The notes under the pieces: generated by a model
Database searches by the model: none
What the model was told of the DNA's origin: nothing
What the model saw: the letters and a program-made list of their open reading frames with translations, nothing else
Made by a program: the position numbers and the translations under genes
In this document: positions 45,997 to 58,245 of the stretch, piece after piece
Layout: every line of letters begins with the position of its first letter
Position numbering within the stretch: the stretch's first letter is position 1
From: Trichodelitschia bisporula
Taxonomy: Eukaryota
Length of the DNA: 64,000 bases
Reading direction: 5' to 3'
NCBI GenBank assembly: GCA_010356995.1
Contig: ML996691.1
Coordinates: forward strand, 1,370,174-1,434,173

Positions 45997-48740
45997 TCAC
46001 CCCTTCCCCCCCCCACACCAACACCCACCCCCCTCCCGTTCAACATGCACAACAACCTCACACCCACTCCTCCTCAAAAACTCCCCAACCCTGCGCCCAA
46101 CATCCCCCCCCTCCCACCCCTCCGCAGTAACAACATGCATAACCCCCCTCACCGCTCCATCCACAACCCAAAACCTAACCCCCGCATACCTCCCCACGCC
46201 CGGCACCTCACTCACCCCCTGCAACACACCGCGACACTTATACTCCACCTCGTCCGGCAACGTGAGCAACAGTTTCTGGCCCGAAGTCTTTACCAACGGT
46301 AACGCGGAAGCGAGGATTAGTAAAGCGATGACGACGCTGGCGCTCGCGTCCCAGCCGTGCCATGGCGTGTGCATTGTGGCGAGCGTGGAGGCGATTACGC
46401 TGACTGACCCCAGGGCGTCGGCGAGGATGTGGAGGAATATGCCCTGCATGTTTTCGTTGTGGTGGTCGTGGTGGTGGTGGGTGTTGGAGGGGGGGGTTGG
46501 TGGGGAGGGGGAGGGGAGGGAGGGCATGGAGAAGGGGGTGTTGGGGACTGAAGGTGGGAGGGGCGAGGGGACGGTTAGGGTTTGCGGGTTCGGGGTGTGC
46601 GTGTGCGAGGCGTTGTTGCTGTGGTCGTGACTGTGGGAGTGTCCATGCCCGTTTCCATGCCCATGATCGTGGCCGTGGTCGTGGTCGTGCTTCTTCTCGC
46701 AGTCGTGGCTGTGGCCGTGGCCGTGGTCGTGGCCGTGCTTATGGTCATGGCTGCTCGAATGCCCATTCCCATGCCCATGCCCATGATCATGCCCATGATG
46801 CGCATGCCCAAACGCCGTCAACCCCACAACATTAACCACCAACCCCAACACACTAACAACAAGCAACTCATTCAACCTCCTCACCTCCGTCCCCTCCCTC
46901 AACCGATGCACCGCATCAAACACAATCTCCACACTAACCAGCACCAAAAAAATCCCATTCGCAAACCCACTCAACGTATCTACCTTCCCATACCCATACG
47001 GGAAGGACGCACTAGGGGGCCACTTGCTCATCACCGCCGCCGTGAGGCCAACCGCCAGACCCGCGCAGTCGAACAGCATGTGGATGCTGTCGGTGAGCAG
47101 ACCGAGTGAGCCAGTCGCGAAGCCGTAGAAGAATTGCACGAGCATGAAGAGCAGGTTTATGAGGCCGAAGTAGGCGATGCGGCGCGAGTCGCGCTCGCGT
47201 AGAATGCTCTCCATTACGCCGCCTGCGTTGCAGCGGCGGAGGAGAAGTCCGGTAAGGCGCGAGTGCGAGGCGTGCGTGTGCGAGGCGTGCGTGTGTGAGT
47301 GGGTGTGTGAAGACGCGCGGGACGGCTTGATGAGCGTGCTGGCGTATGTCGCTGCTGCGAGACTTGCGTTGGCGAGCGCGGAGCCAGTGGGGAAGACGAG
47401 GCTGGCGGTGGCGAGGGAGGCGTATCCGGCGGCGGAGCCGAGGCGGTATTTGCTCTGCAGGCTCGTGGGGCGGGCTTTGAAGACGAGAGCTACGCCGGAG
47501 ATGATCGAGAGGGCGAAGAAGGCGAGGCCGCGCGTTGATGGTATGGGCCAAGATGAGAAGACGATGGCGGCTAGACTGGTTAGAATTGCGAGGATGGTGC
47601 CGGCGATGAAGGTCAGCCGAGCTGATTCAGGAGTCGCGACTAGAGGCGAGGCCCCGCTGACACTGTAGGAAGAAGACGAGTCTGTCGGCGGGTATCTTGA
47701 AGACGAGACACTCAGCGAGCGACGGCCACCGCCGGAGGAGAGCTGAAGCGGCACAACGGCGACAGCGAGGAACAGCGCGATGTACCCAGCGACGAGATCT
47801 TTGACACGCATCTCGCTCACCAGTCCCATAAAGTCCAATACCGCGCCTAGTATGACCACGGCTGCAACCCAGGGCCGGGCGCGCAACTCGCGCACAATGT
47901 GCCGAGGGCTAAAGCCCGATGCTCCGCGGCCCAGTTCCGTTGTCGTCGCCGCTAGAAGGACCACACCCGCGCGCACACCTCCCAGGCGCAAAGCGGCGTA
48001 GAACGGTAGCCAGAGGCTCGCCGCGCGAGTACCAATCTGGACCAGTGAAGGCCCGCTCCATGCGGACTGTTTGGACTTCGTAGTCCGACCATCAGATTTT
48101 GTGCTGCGGCGTGCGAGCAGGCCAGCGAGAACGAGTGTAGCCGCGGCTAAGGCGCCGGCTTGGACGAGCGCACCGTGTGATATGAGTACTTTGTCTGTGT
48201 GCGCCGCGCAGGCGGTCGGATCGCAGGACTCGGTGGGAGGGATGTTGGCGAGGGAGGCGAGTAGGAAGGGCAGCGGTATGAGGATTCCGGTTAGGAACTC
48301 GGAGGCCGCGGAGGGAGAACTGCGAGTTTATAATTAGCTTTGTGCCTCCTAGATCACAAACAGCAAACTTACGCTGGCGAGAGGCGCTCGTTGACGGGCG
48401 AAAGAGAGAGGGGTACGGGCCGGCCGAGGTCAGAGGGGCCGCGGTGGCGGGCGCGCGAAAACGACATGTTCGAATTGGCGTTGTTGTCGTGGTTGTCAAG
48501 ATCGTCTGCATTGGCAGACTGTTCGTATATTCCCAAGCCATTGTATTGCTTCTCGGCGTGTCGCCGAGCACTGGATGGTGGTGTTATCGCACGATGCTCG
48601 GCATGCGCGTTTGGCGGCGCATTGTAGGTGTCGAAGAGGGAGGCTGATCGCGAGTGCTGATGCCCGCGAGGGGCCCCATTTGAACGGCCATGTTGGCCGT
48701 GATGGGCGTTCATGAAGGTATAAGTAGAGGTTGCTGCCAT
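45997..48740 (-). CDS. MSC2: CDF zinc transporter, Msc2/ZnT5-like with a His-rich loop; intron 48320-48372
   Basis: SLGLLTDSIHMLFD, GFANGIFL and NENMQGIFLHILADALGS motifs; long N-terminal TM extension. Confidence 0.88.
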
Positions 48741-49266
48741 GGACAAAGGTGAGCGGTGGCAGTGATGTGGTACGGGGAGGTTGGAGATAGGCGTGGGTAT
48801 ATCGGATCAATGGTGGTTTATGTTGATTGCGGGCAAAGCAAAGAGGCTCATGCACCGGGTATATTGCCACGTCTGCAATAGCATAACATGAAGAAGCTCA
48901 ATTGTATTGACAAGAAGAGCTATGACAAGACAAGTGAAGTAGTGAAGAGGTAGAGATATCAACCCCCCGCCTCAGTTGCCGTGCCGTCCTCAATGACATG
49001 CGGCGCGTGCTAATCGACAAACACGAGCGAATCGCCGCAACGTCACTGGCTGATCTTGTCTTTGTGCCTGTTCTATGCAGGCTGTGCATGACGCTAAGGG
49101 GAGGATGTGAGCTTGGCTGGTGAAGTGATATGCATGGCATTGATCTGCATAACTTCTGTGCATCAAGCCATCACCGAAAGTCCACGACTCCATCGTCAGG
49201 CAACCCCTGATAACCTCAACCACCACCGTCTGATGTCCTCGGACAGCGAGCCGCCGTCGTGAAGCC

Positions 49267-50764
49267 ATGTCGTGGTTAGAGGTTGTTGACGGCTTGATTC
49301 CGGAGCAGTACATTCTTACACTTGTCCTCTTCTTTTCCACCGCTATCACAGTAACTCTTCTGCTTATCCCCACGCGTTTCCCAAAGCACAGAGCTTCAGT
49401 TCAGGTTGTAGTGCTTGGAGACATCGGCCGTAGCCCGCGTATGCAATACCACGCACTTAGCCTTGCGAAGAACTTGGTAAATGTGGAGCTGATAGGCTAC
49501 CAAGGCGAGTTTATCCTTCCCCCATTAGCGATTAGCTCGTGACTATCAGTCATGTGTCATTCTTTGTATATATTTTCTAACGACACCAGAGTCCGACATC
49601 CATCCAAAGCTCTTGCAGAGTCGCTTCGTAAAGATTGTGCCTCTTGTCGCGGCTCCTCGATGGCTGCAGACGAGCAACAAGCTGCTCTTCCTGCTCCTTG
49701 CTCCGATCAAGGTTGTCTGGCAGATCGTCGCCCTCTACTGGGTGCTTGCCTATCGCTGCGATCCGGCAGAATGGATGCTTGTGCAGGTATGGGCAGCCTC
49801 ACTCGTGTTCTTCTATGTGCTAATGTCAAAGAATCCGCCTTCCATTCCGACGCTTGCTGTGGCCGACATCATTTGCTACTTCCGAAACACTAAGCTCATC
49901 ATCGATTGGCACAATTTCGGTTACTCCATTCTCGGCCTGAAGCTCGGCGCAAACCACCGACTCGTAGCGATCGCCAAAGCCTATGAGCGTATCTGCGCAC
50001 GTCCTGCCTTTGCCCACCTCACCGTGACCGACGCCATGTCCCGCGTCTTGAAGCGCGATTTCGGTCTGAAGGCGCTGACCCTTCACGACCGCCCGGCAGA
50101 TCACTTCAAGGTCCTAACCTTGCGTGAGCGTGAGGCGGTCGTGAGGCGGCTGCCGCAGACGAAAGAGTTCGCCGATGAGATCCTGCAGAGGAGAAGGTTC
50201 ATACTCGTCAGCCCTACCTCCTGGACCCCAGATGAAGACTTTATGATCCTACTGGAAGCGCTGGTGGTACATTCAGCGCGGGTTCGTGGCTACGTAATGG
50301 GCGCACCTCGACTTCTTGTGATCATCACTGGCAAAGGCCCACAAAAGCAGTACTACGAGAAAGTTATCAAGGACCTTGAGCCACAGCTGGAACATGTCCA
50401 CATAGAGACTGCCTGGCTATCCATGGAGGACTATGCTGCCCTTCTCGGCGCCGCAGATCTGGGCATCTCTTTGCACACGTCATCTTCCGGCGTCGACCTG
50501 CCGATGAAGGTTGTTGACATGTTTGGCGCGGGCCTGCCTGTCGCTGGGTGGTCTGAATACGAGTCCTGGCCAGAGCTGGTCACAGAAGGTGTCAATGGGG
50601 TGGGTTTCAACAGTGCTGAGAGTTTGGCAGACAAACTCAGGGAACTGCTGGTAACGGGCCGTGTTGTCCCGCTTCGCGAGGGGGCGAGCTGGGAGGGGAA
50701 GAAGAGGCGGTGGGAAGATGAGTGGAACCCAGTAATGGGGCGCCTTCTCGGCCTCACTACTTGA
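49267..50764 (+). CDS. ALG1: Chitobiosyldiphosphodolichol beta-1,4-mannosyltransferase; exons 49267-49504, 49590-49786, 49832-50764
   Basis: [59 protein letters not shown]; intron 1 is GC-AG. Confidence 0.95.
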
Positions 50765-51367
50765 CCGACTCGTAGAATGTAAGTAGACGATCTAATGCGA
50801 CGCGGTTCATACTCGCCCGAATGCCGCAGACAACCTTACCCGCACCGTCAACGGCCCGGCCAGACATCACGAATTGCGGCGAGCACACCACTCAACTCAT
50901 ACTTAACCAAAATTTCCCCCACCCAACTGGACGCGGGTGCGTGTGGAATAGACGAGCAGCAGCGGTCGCCGTAAGGCGCGCAAGAGGGTTCAAGATTGCC
51001 CGGCGCCCGAGATTATATTAATATGCGTTTATACGACCTGCCTCCTACGCCGCAAGCGCTTTGGCCCCCAGACCATCCCGACCGTTTGCCTTGTTTTCAG
51101 GCACAAGCAGACTCGAGGCTGGCGTATATGTAAATTGACCGTCAGTGATCGGCCACGCCCGCCGTTCTCTTCTGCTTTTCCCTTCCGCCGACTCTGAGTC
51201 CCTCTTTTTTCTGGTCAAGCGATTCTGCTGCATTCACTCCTTTGCTCTCGCGACGGTCTTTTTGTCCACCTTCTGAACCGCGTTTCTTCAACGTGATATC
51301 TCGGCATTACGACCTTCTATCAAGTCCAATCGCGCCCCAATCTCCCTGAAACTCCTGCTCGAAGCCA

Positions 51368-52828
51368 ATGAGGCACTCCACCCTCCTCCTCGCGGGCCTG
51401 GCCTGCGCCTCGAGCGCAGCCGCCAGCCCACACGCCCACCACGGACATCGCGCCCTCCACCGCAAGCGGGAAACAGTCCAGGTCACGGTTATCGAATGCG
51501 TGCTTGGTAGTCGTATTCTCTCCGAGCCGGAGTGCAACCAGGGCATTGCCAATGGGACGCTGAAATGGATCGATGATGGGAGCGGCGCGAGTGTGGTGCG
51601 TTTATTCTTCGTAGCGTTGGGTGCTTCGTGGCCTGAGCCTTTCTAAACTGCTAGGTCCAAGCCGCGGCTCCGCCGGCTGCGCCAGTTCCGGCTCCTGCAC
51701 CGCCCGTTCTGCCCGCTGCGGTGCCGGAGCCGGCTCCTGCTCCAGCGCTGGAACCTGCTCCAGCTCCGGCTCCTGCTCCGGAACCAGCTCCCGCTCCAGC
51801 TCCCGCTCTCGACGCACCCCCCGCGCCGGTCGTCGCGCCGGTCGTCGCGCCGGTCGTCGCCCCGCCAAACCGGGCCGCCGTCCACGCATCCTCCTCCAAC
51901 AGCGAAGCCCACGGCGCCTCCCGACCCTTCCCCGACGGCCAAATCCCCTGCTCCTCCTTCCCCGCCGAATACGGCGCCCTCCCCCTGCCTCACCTGGGCC
52001 TCGACGGGTGGGCCAGCGTGCAAAAGCCCAACATCATAACCGCGGAGGGCTTCGACGACATCCTAACCGTGACGCGTGCGCAGTGCGGCGCAGAGGGGTG
52101 CTGTCTCGAAGGGAGCTACTGCTCGTATGCGTGCGGCGAGGGGTATTTGAAGTACCAGTGGCCGCGGGTGCAGGGGCGGACGGGGCAGAGTGTGGGGGGT
52201 TTACTGTGCGAGAATGGGGTGTTGAAGTTGACGAATCCGGAGGTGCGGACGTTGTGTGCGCCCGGGCAGCAGGAGGTCAATGTTGTGGTGGAGAATCGGT
52301 TGGGGGATACGGTTACTATGTGTCGGACGAATTATCCCGGTGAGTGAGGGCGGCCGTCGTTGAAGGTTGTAATTGTGGGTTGGGCTAATGTTCCCAGGCG
52401 ACGAGAAAATGTCCATCCCCCTCGAAATCGCGCCCGGCGCTGTGCGCAAGCTCGCCTCGCCCGACATCCACAAGTACTGGAAGACGCGTGACGGTGGCAA
52501 GACCTCGGCGCAGTACTACCTGAACATGCCCGGGTTCACCATGGCCAAGGCGTGCAACTGGGGTGACCACGGCGATAACTTCGGCAATTTCGCCCCTGCG
52601 AATGTGGGGCTTAGTATTACAGATGGCATCGTGTATGCGAGTGTGTTTCCCAATCATCCGTCGCAGATGGATGCGAAGCTGCCGTATACGGTGCGCATTG
52701 AGGGGGGGAATATCCCGTGTCAGTATAAGGATGGGCAGTATTGTGAGGGGGAGAATTTCTCGGTGTGCAGGCCTGCCGGGTGTACGACGGCGGCGACGAG
52801 TGAGGTGAGGTATATTTTGGAGCCGTAG
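51368..52828 (+). CDS. Secreted SUN-family (GH132) beta-glucanase-like cell wall protein; introns 51596-51654, 52340-52397
   Basis: Signal peptide, HKR site, PA-rich linker, FPDGQIPCSSFP, CSYAC, QSVGGLLC, CRTNYPG, TSAQYY. Confidence 0.9.
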
Positions 52829-53509
52829 GGAAAAGTGATCCCCAACGCTGGACGGTGGGGATAGTGTGTTTCCTTCTGAGTCTTTTACTTCGTCGATTCG
52901 TGCAGCTTAATGCTATTTTGCAAGGAGCTAGTCGGGGGCGTTGTCGAGAGAGGAGCGGCGAGGATATACCAGATTTTTTACTTGTAAATGTTTCTAGTTC
53001 TAACTTTCTAAACAATGGCAACATGATCAACTCCAACGGCTGATACAGAATATGCTCTTGTGTCAATTTCTGAAGCGGGGAGGGACGCATGAGATTATGG
53101 CCAAGCATCCCTGATGACATATCTGTAAGGCAACAGCTTCTCGTATGTTATAAGGCGCGTATCTTCACATGGCAGGCAGTATGGCTTGGTGAGCACCGGC
53201 GTTAGGGAAGCGACATTAGGGTCATAGGAAGGAAGCATTCAGACGCTGTTGCATTTATGCCTACGGGCCCCGCGACCTTTATGGTTCCGCGTCTCTTCAC
53301 TCAGCTTCATTTTGCTCCCACATTGTATTGTGAAGGTTGCTCCATATATCAATCCCAATCGGGAAGTGGAGATAGCGCCTAGTTCTAGAACTGTGCGCAT
53401 ATATCTTGGCATGATGTCGCAAACTGCATCACGGGGTTGGAGCCCATCCTTGAGCCTTACATCCAGCGATGAAGAACCCACTCCCCTCCGCCCATTCCAA
53501 ACCCCCAAA

Positions 53510-56207
53510 ATGCTCGGCGACACCATCCTCACCACGCTGCCCTCGGCACTAGAATGCCTCAGCTGGTCCAGCGACTGCGAACTCGCCATCAGCGCGCATG
53601 ACTTCATCGAATTAATGGTGCTTAAACCCCTCTCTATCAAAATCCCAATCCCAATCTATCAAGGTTTAAATTCTCACTAACCTGCCATCAGATTCCGCGC
53701 CTCTCCACCCCAGGCCCCTCACCCACAAACTACGAAATCCTCCACCTCCGCGCCAACCTCTTCACCGCCGCCGAAGTCGACATCGAAGAACCAGCCGCCT
53801 TCGCCCTCTTCTCCCCCGGCGAGGAACTCTCCGTCGGCAACATCGCCAGTCTCGCTTGGTCCGGTCCTGGCCTAGCACGACATGCCCGGTCCGCGCTCGC
53901 CGTGCACACCGAGCGCCTGGTCCTCGCGCTGTACGCGGCCGAGGGGCGGCCCACCGAAGTCGGCGGGTGGAAGCGCGTGCTAGTCGTGAACCGCGTACTG
54001 GAGCGTTTTTTCGAGGGCGTGTATCCTGGATTGCCGAGGGATGAGAATGGCGATCGGGCGCCGCTGATTAAGCGTGCGCAAAGGGTGAGGAGTTTTGCCT
54101 GGTCCCCGTGCGTGCCGGCGCGGTGGGCGGAGGAGTGCGGTGTTGCGAGCGCGGTGCAGTTTCTGGCGGTGGGGAATGATGCGGCGGAGGTTGTGGTGCT
54201 GCAGGTGCGGAGTCCGTGTAATAGTGCGGAGAGGGAGTGGGGGGCGGGGATTGTGGCGCGTATCCCGTTGGGACAGGGGGGGAAGTTGCCGGATTTGGGG
54301 TGGGTGTTTGGGGAGTATGTGCGCGAGCAGCGGTGGGCGGGATGGGTGGCTTGGAGTCCGTGGGAGGTGGTGGAGGGGGGGGTGGTTAGTGTGCTGGCGT
54401 ATGGGACGGTGGAGAGGGTGTACTTCCGAAGGGTGGGGCTTATGCTCGATCCGCTGAAGTCGAAGATTGAGATTGGGGAGGTGGAGGAGGGGGGGGTGTT
54501 GCCGCTGGGTGTCACGTTTAATGGGCCGGTTAGGTGGGTGCCGGTTGGGCTGGGGGGGCAGATGGTGCTTGTTGCTACGAGTCCGGGGGCTGTGCATTGC
54601 TTCGCCGTCGGCACGGATGGGCCGCTTGAGGTTAAGGAGACGCGATATGCGAGAGAAGTTTGGGACGAGGTCGGCGGTTCGTATACACCCTCTCCCCTCC
54701 GCAACGAAGCTAACCCCTCAGGCTACGCCTTCGAGCACACCTCCGATACATCCATCGACCTCTTCTTCCCCCCCTTCCGCCTCTCGACAAAAGCCGACCT
54801 AATATCCCTCTCCCTCCCCTCCGCCAAACCCACCCCCTTCGACCCCCCCTGGATAGACAGCATAACCCGCAGCCTCGCCTCCTTCTCCGAAGAACACGAT
54901 CTCTACGGGCACGCCGAAGCGAAGGCCTGGGGCTTTGGTGCCTCACCTTTGGGCGACTTCATGGCTCTGTGTTATAGTCTCCATCCGACGCATATGCCGG
55001 AGTATAAAATACCGGCTGAGTACCGGTGTACCGTGGCTGTGACGCGGGCGCGCCGCGGCCCGGCGGAGGACTTTGCGCTGCCGAGTGAGGGGAACTTCGT
55101 TGGGGCCGAAGGTGGGTTCTTCTCTACTTAAAGCTACAAGGCTGACGATTCAGTCTCCGCCGAGGCCCTCGCCTTCAGCATCAGAGCCTGGGTCGACGAG
55201 CAGCCCGAAGCGCCCGAAGACAGCGCCTCGGTCATCCGGGACATCGTGCAAGAAATTTCGACCGCGCTGCACCTCCCCTCTTCCTACGCTCCGTACGTCA
55301 CCCTCCTTAAACTCCCAATATCTAACGCTCCCAGCCCCCCCCTCTCCTCCCCCACCCTCTCCCTCCGCCACGCCCTCTTCACCTCACCCACCATAACACG
55401 CCTACGCCTCGAGCGCCTCATCAGCCTGTACTTCCCCTGGTACACCCCCGCGACCGACACCAACACTTCTCTAATCCGCACCCTCGCCGTCGCCACGCAT
55501 CGCATCCCACACACCACTTACCGCGCTTCGCTCATTAGCACCAAGATATTGGAAGCGTACAGCATGGCCGTGAGTAAAACCCGAGCACTGTCTGCGCAGG
55601 AAGTCGAGGATATAGACATGTTGCCGGCGCATGAGTTTGAGCGGTGTGAGATTTGCGGGTGCCCGATTCATTTTGAGGGGTTTGATGAGGGGAGGTGTGA
55701 GGGGGGGCATGAGTTCGGTGAGTTTGGGTGGAGCTTATATGGGAGGGGTGGCAGCTGATGAAGACAGTGCGGTGTGCCTTGACGTTCCTAGCGATCCAGG
55801 CGCCGGGGATTAGTCGCTTTTGTGGGCTGTGCGAGAGGCAGTTCCTTACGGATGCGTATCTGCAAGGCGACGTGTATGAGGATTCGGGCGCGGGTTCGGA
55901 CCCAGCAACTGTCAACGACAATCCCTCGGTTTCAGCCTCGTCAAGCACGAACGGCGCGGCGCCCGAAACGGAGAAAGAAGATGACGGGAGCGATCCCATG
56001 CCGCTGGACACTCCTGCGCGAACGGAGATCGACATGGACGAAGACAGTGATCCGATCACCGAGTCCACCGAACCCACCGCAGAACCCGCCCCTCTAGATC
56101 CCATCATCGTCCTCCCAACAACCGGCGCCGCGAACCGCAGTCTCGCACAAATACTCCTGCAAGCATGTGATCGGTGTCCATACTGCGGCGGTAAATTCGT
56201 TGGATAG
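53510..56207 (+). CDS. TFIIIC subunit delta-like protein (Tfc8/Sfc9; WD-like N-terminus, C-terminal Zn finger); introns 53618-53691, 54677-54721, 55112-55153, 55718-55767
   Basis: CLSWSSD, FSPGEELS, LAWSGPGL; C-terminal CEIC..C..GH.F.RC..TFLAIQ.PG..C..C and CPYCGGKF. Confidence 0.75.
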
Positions 56208-56403
56208 GTATGGGATGAGGGGCGCACGGGCAACGCCTACATTCCGCTCTTTTCGGCGGTTCGTTTGCGGGGTCGCTGGTATGTACACATTCCCACCGTT
56301 CACGGCGTCCACGAAGAACAATGGACAAAGTAATCCATCTTCTTAAGGCCGCCCCGTCCTTTTCCCCATCATGACTCCATCGTGACCCTCCCTCCGGCCC
56401 AAA

Positions 56404-58152
56404 ATGTCCCCCTCACCACCCCCACCCCCGCGCTCCCCAGCGCACTTCTCCACCTCCCCCGCCGCATCACCGCAAATCGTCCACCCCGCGAGCCCAGCAC
56501 ACAGCACGCGCGCCGAACGGAGTGGTACCGTCCCGGGCGCGTTTGAGGACTACCCGAGCGAGCCGGACCCTATCGACGCGCGCGACTTCGCGCCTCCCAC
56601 GAACCCACCCAGCGGCCCCCCCCTCGACTGGAGCCGCCTCGAGCCATTCACAAGCCCACCCAACAACCTCCCCATCGAGTCTCGCGACTTCTATGCCGCC
56701 GCGACCCAACCGGGCTATCCATCGCCGAGCCAACCGGGATATCCGTACCCGCCCTACCCGCATCCGGACTTCGATGACTTCGATGCCCCTATCGTTCCCC
56801 GGGTTTCTACACCGGACGATTTCTTCAGCGACAGCACGTCCTCCTTCCCTTCCCCGGAGGACGAGGCAGCCGAATCTCGCGCTGAATACCCGCGCGGCCG
56901 ACCCCGGACACGCACCCCACCTCCCACGTCCCCGACGCGCGTCTCGCCTCCTCGCGCGTCCCCGCCGCGGATACAGCACACCAGCCTCCTACATCCCGGG
57001 TTCACCTTCCTCAAACTAACCTCCACGCCCCGGCGCGCAAGCCACCCAAGTCCAGCAAGGAGCTTGAGCGAGTATAGTCTGCACGGGTCAAGCGGCGCGA
57101 GTCTACCCTTTCCCAAGCCCGCAAAAACCGATGCCGAGCCGGAAGCCGAACGCGAGCCCGAGCCCGTGCCGTTCAGGACTGAAGCCCATCCCGCCTCCGA
57201 ACCGGAAGTCGAACCCGAACTCGAACCCGTATCCCTCGCTCCAGCGACAACATCCCAGATCATCAGCGCACACACGCTCACCCTGCGCGCCCTCCTCCAA
57301 AACGACCTGCAAAACGACCCCCTCACCACCCTCTCCGCGGTCGACGCTCAAAACCAAGATCCGCTCACGCTCGATCCGCTCTCCCTCCCCCCTCTAACCC
57401 TCCCCGCCTCCAAACCCCGCAAAAAAGTCTCCCTCCTCCCTCCACCTTTAACTTTACCCCGAACAACCCGCCCCCTCCCAGACAACTACGTCCGAACGCC
57501 CTACCCCCCCCTCCACCCCCTGTCCCACCCGCGTCTCTCCCGCCCGCCCCCGAGCGGGCTGCCGTTCAATCCCACGCTGCCCGGACCGTGTATCACACTT
57601 TCGATCCGGTCCTCGCGGCAGGGGACACCGGTCGTGGTCGCTGTGCCGGCGCCGCAGCCCCCTGGCGGGCTGCCGGGGGGGGAGGAGGGGAGGGAGGGAC
57701 ATTTCGAAGCGCTGGGGTACGATGACGAGCGGATGTTTCGGGGGGTTATTGGGGCATGGAAGGGGGCAAGGGGGTGGAGAGGCGCACTGAGTGCGCGGGG
57801 CATCCGGGGGTGCGGTATCGAAGGCGGGGAGGAAGGGAGGGCGGGGGCGTTCCTCGAGGGGTTGAGATATCCTCGTCAGGGACGGGGACGGGAGGGGTGG
57901 GTGCGTTGGGTTAGGGAGAGGGGAGGTGTGAGGGTGGAGTTGGTTGAGGGGGTGAGTAATTGGAAGGTTTTGGGGGGGGTGGGGGGGGTGATTTTACTAG
58001 CGGTGCTGGGGGCGGTGGTTTGGGTTGTGCTCGGACGGGGGGGAGGAAGGGTGGAGGGGCGGGTGGGTGCTGGGATGGCGGTTGGGGGGTTGGTTTGTTT
58101 GCTTGGGTTTGGGGGGGTTGCGGGGTGGGTTGTTGGGAGTGGGGGGCGGTGA
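56404..58152 (+). CDS. Proline-rich hypothetical protein with two C-terminal TM helices
   Basis: 582-aa ORF; TPYP and YDDERMF motifs, terminal hydrophobic hairpin. Confidence 0.75.
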   Translation: MSPSPPPPPRSPAHFSTSPAASPQIVHPASPAHSTRAERSGTVPGAFEDYPSEPDPIDARDFAPPTNPPSGPPLDWSRLEPFTSPPNNLPIESRDFYAAATQPGYPSPSQPGYPYPPYPHPDFDDFDAPIVPRVSTPDDFFSDSTSSFPSPEDEAAESRAEYPRGRPRTRTPPPTSPTRVSPPRASPPRIQHTSLLHPGFTFLKLTSTPRRASHPSPARSLSEYSLHGSSGASLPFPKPAKTDAEPEAEREPEPVPFRTEAHPASEPEVEPELEPVSLAPATTSQIISAHTLTLRALLQNDLQNDPLTTLSAVDAQNQDPLTLDPLSLPPLTLPASKPRKKVSLLPPPLTLPRTTRPLPDNYVRTPYPPLHPLSHPRLSRPPPSGLPFNPTLPGPCITLSIRSSRQGTPVVVAVPAPQPPGGLPGGEEGREGHFEALGYDDERMFRGVIGAWKGARGWRGALSARGIRGCGIEGGEEGRAGAFLEGLRYPRQGRGREGWVRWVRERGGVRVELVEGVSNWKVLGGVGGVILLAVLGAVVWVVLGRGGGRVEGRVGAGMAVGGLVCLLGFGGVAGWVVGSGGR

Positions 58153-58245
58153 TGCATGTGTTCTGATAGTCTTGGTCATGGGGGCTTAAGTGTGCGGCAT
58201 GGAAGGCAGCTTTGAGCGATATCAGCATAACTATAGACTACCACG

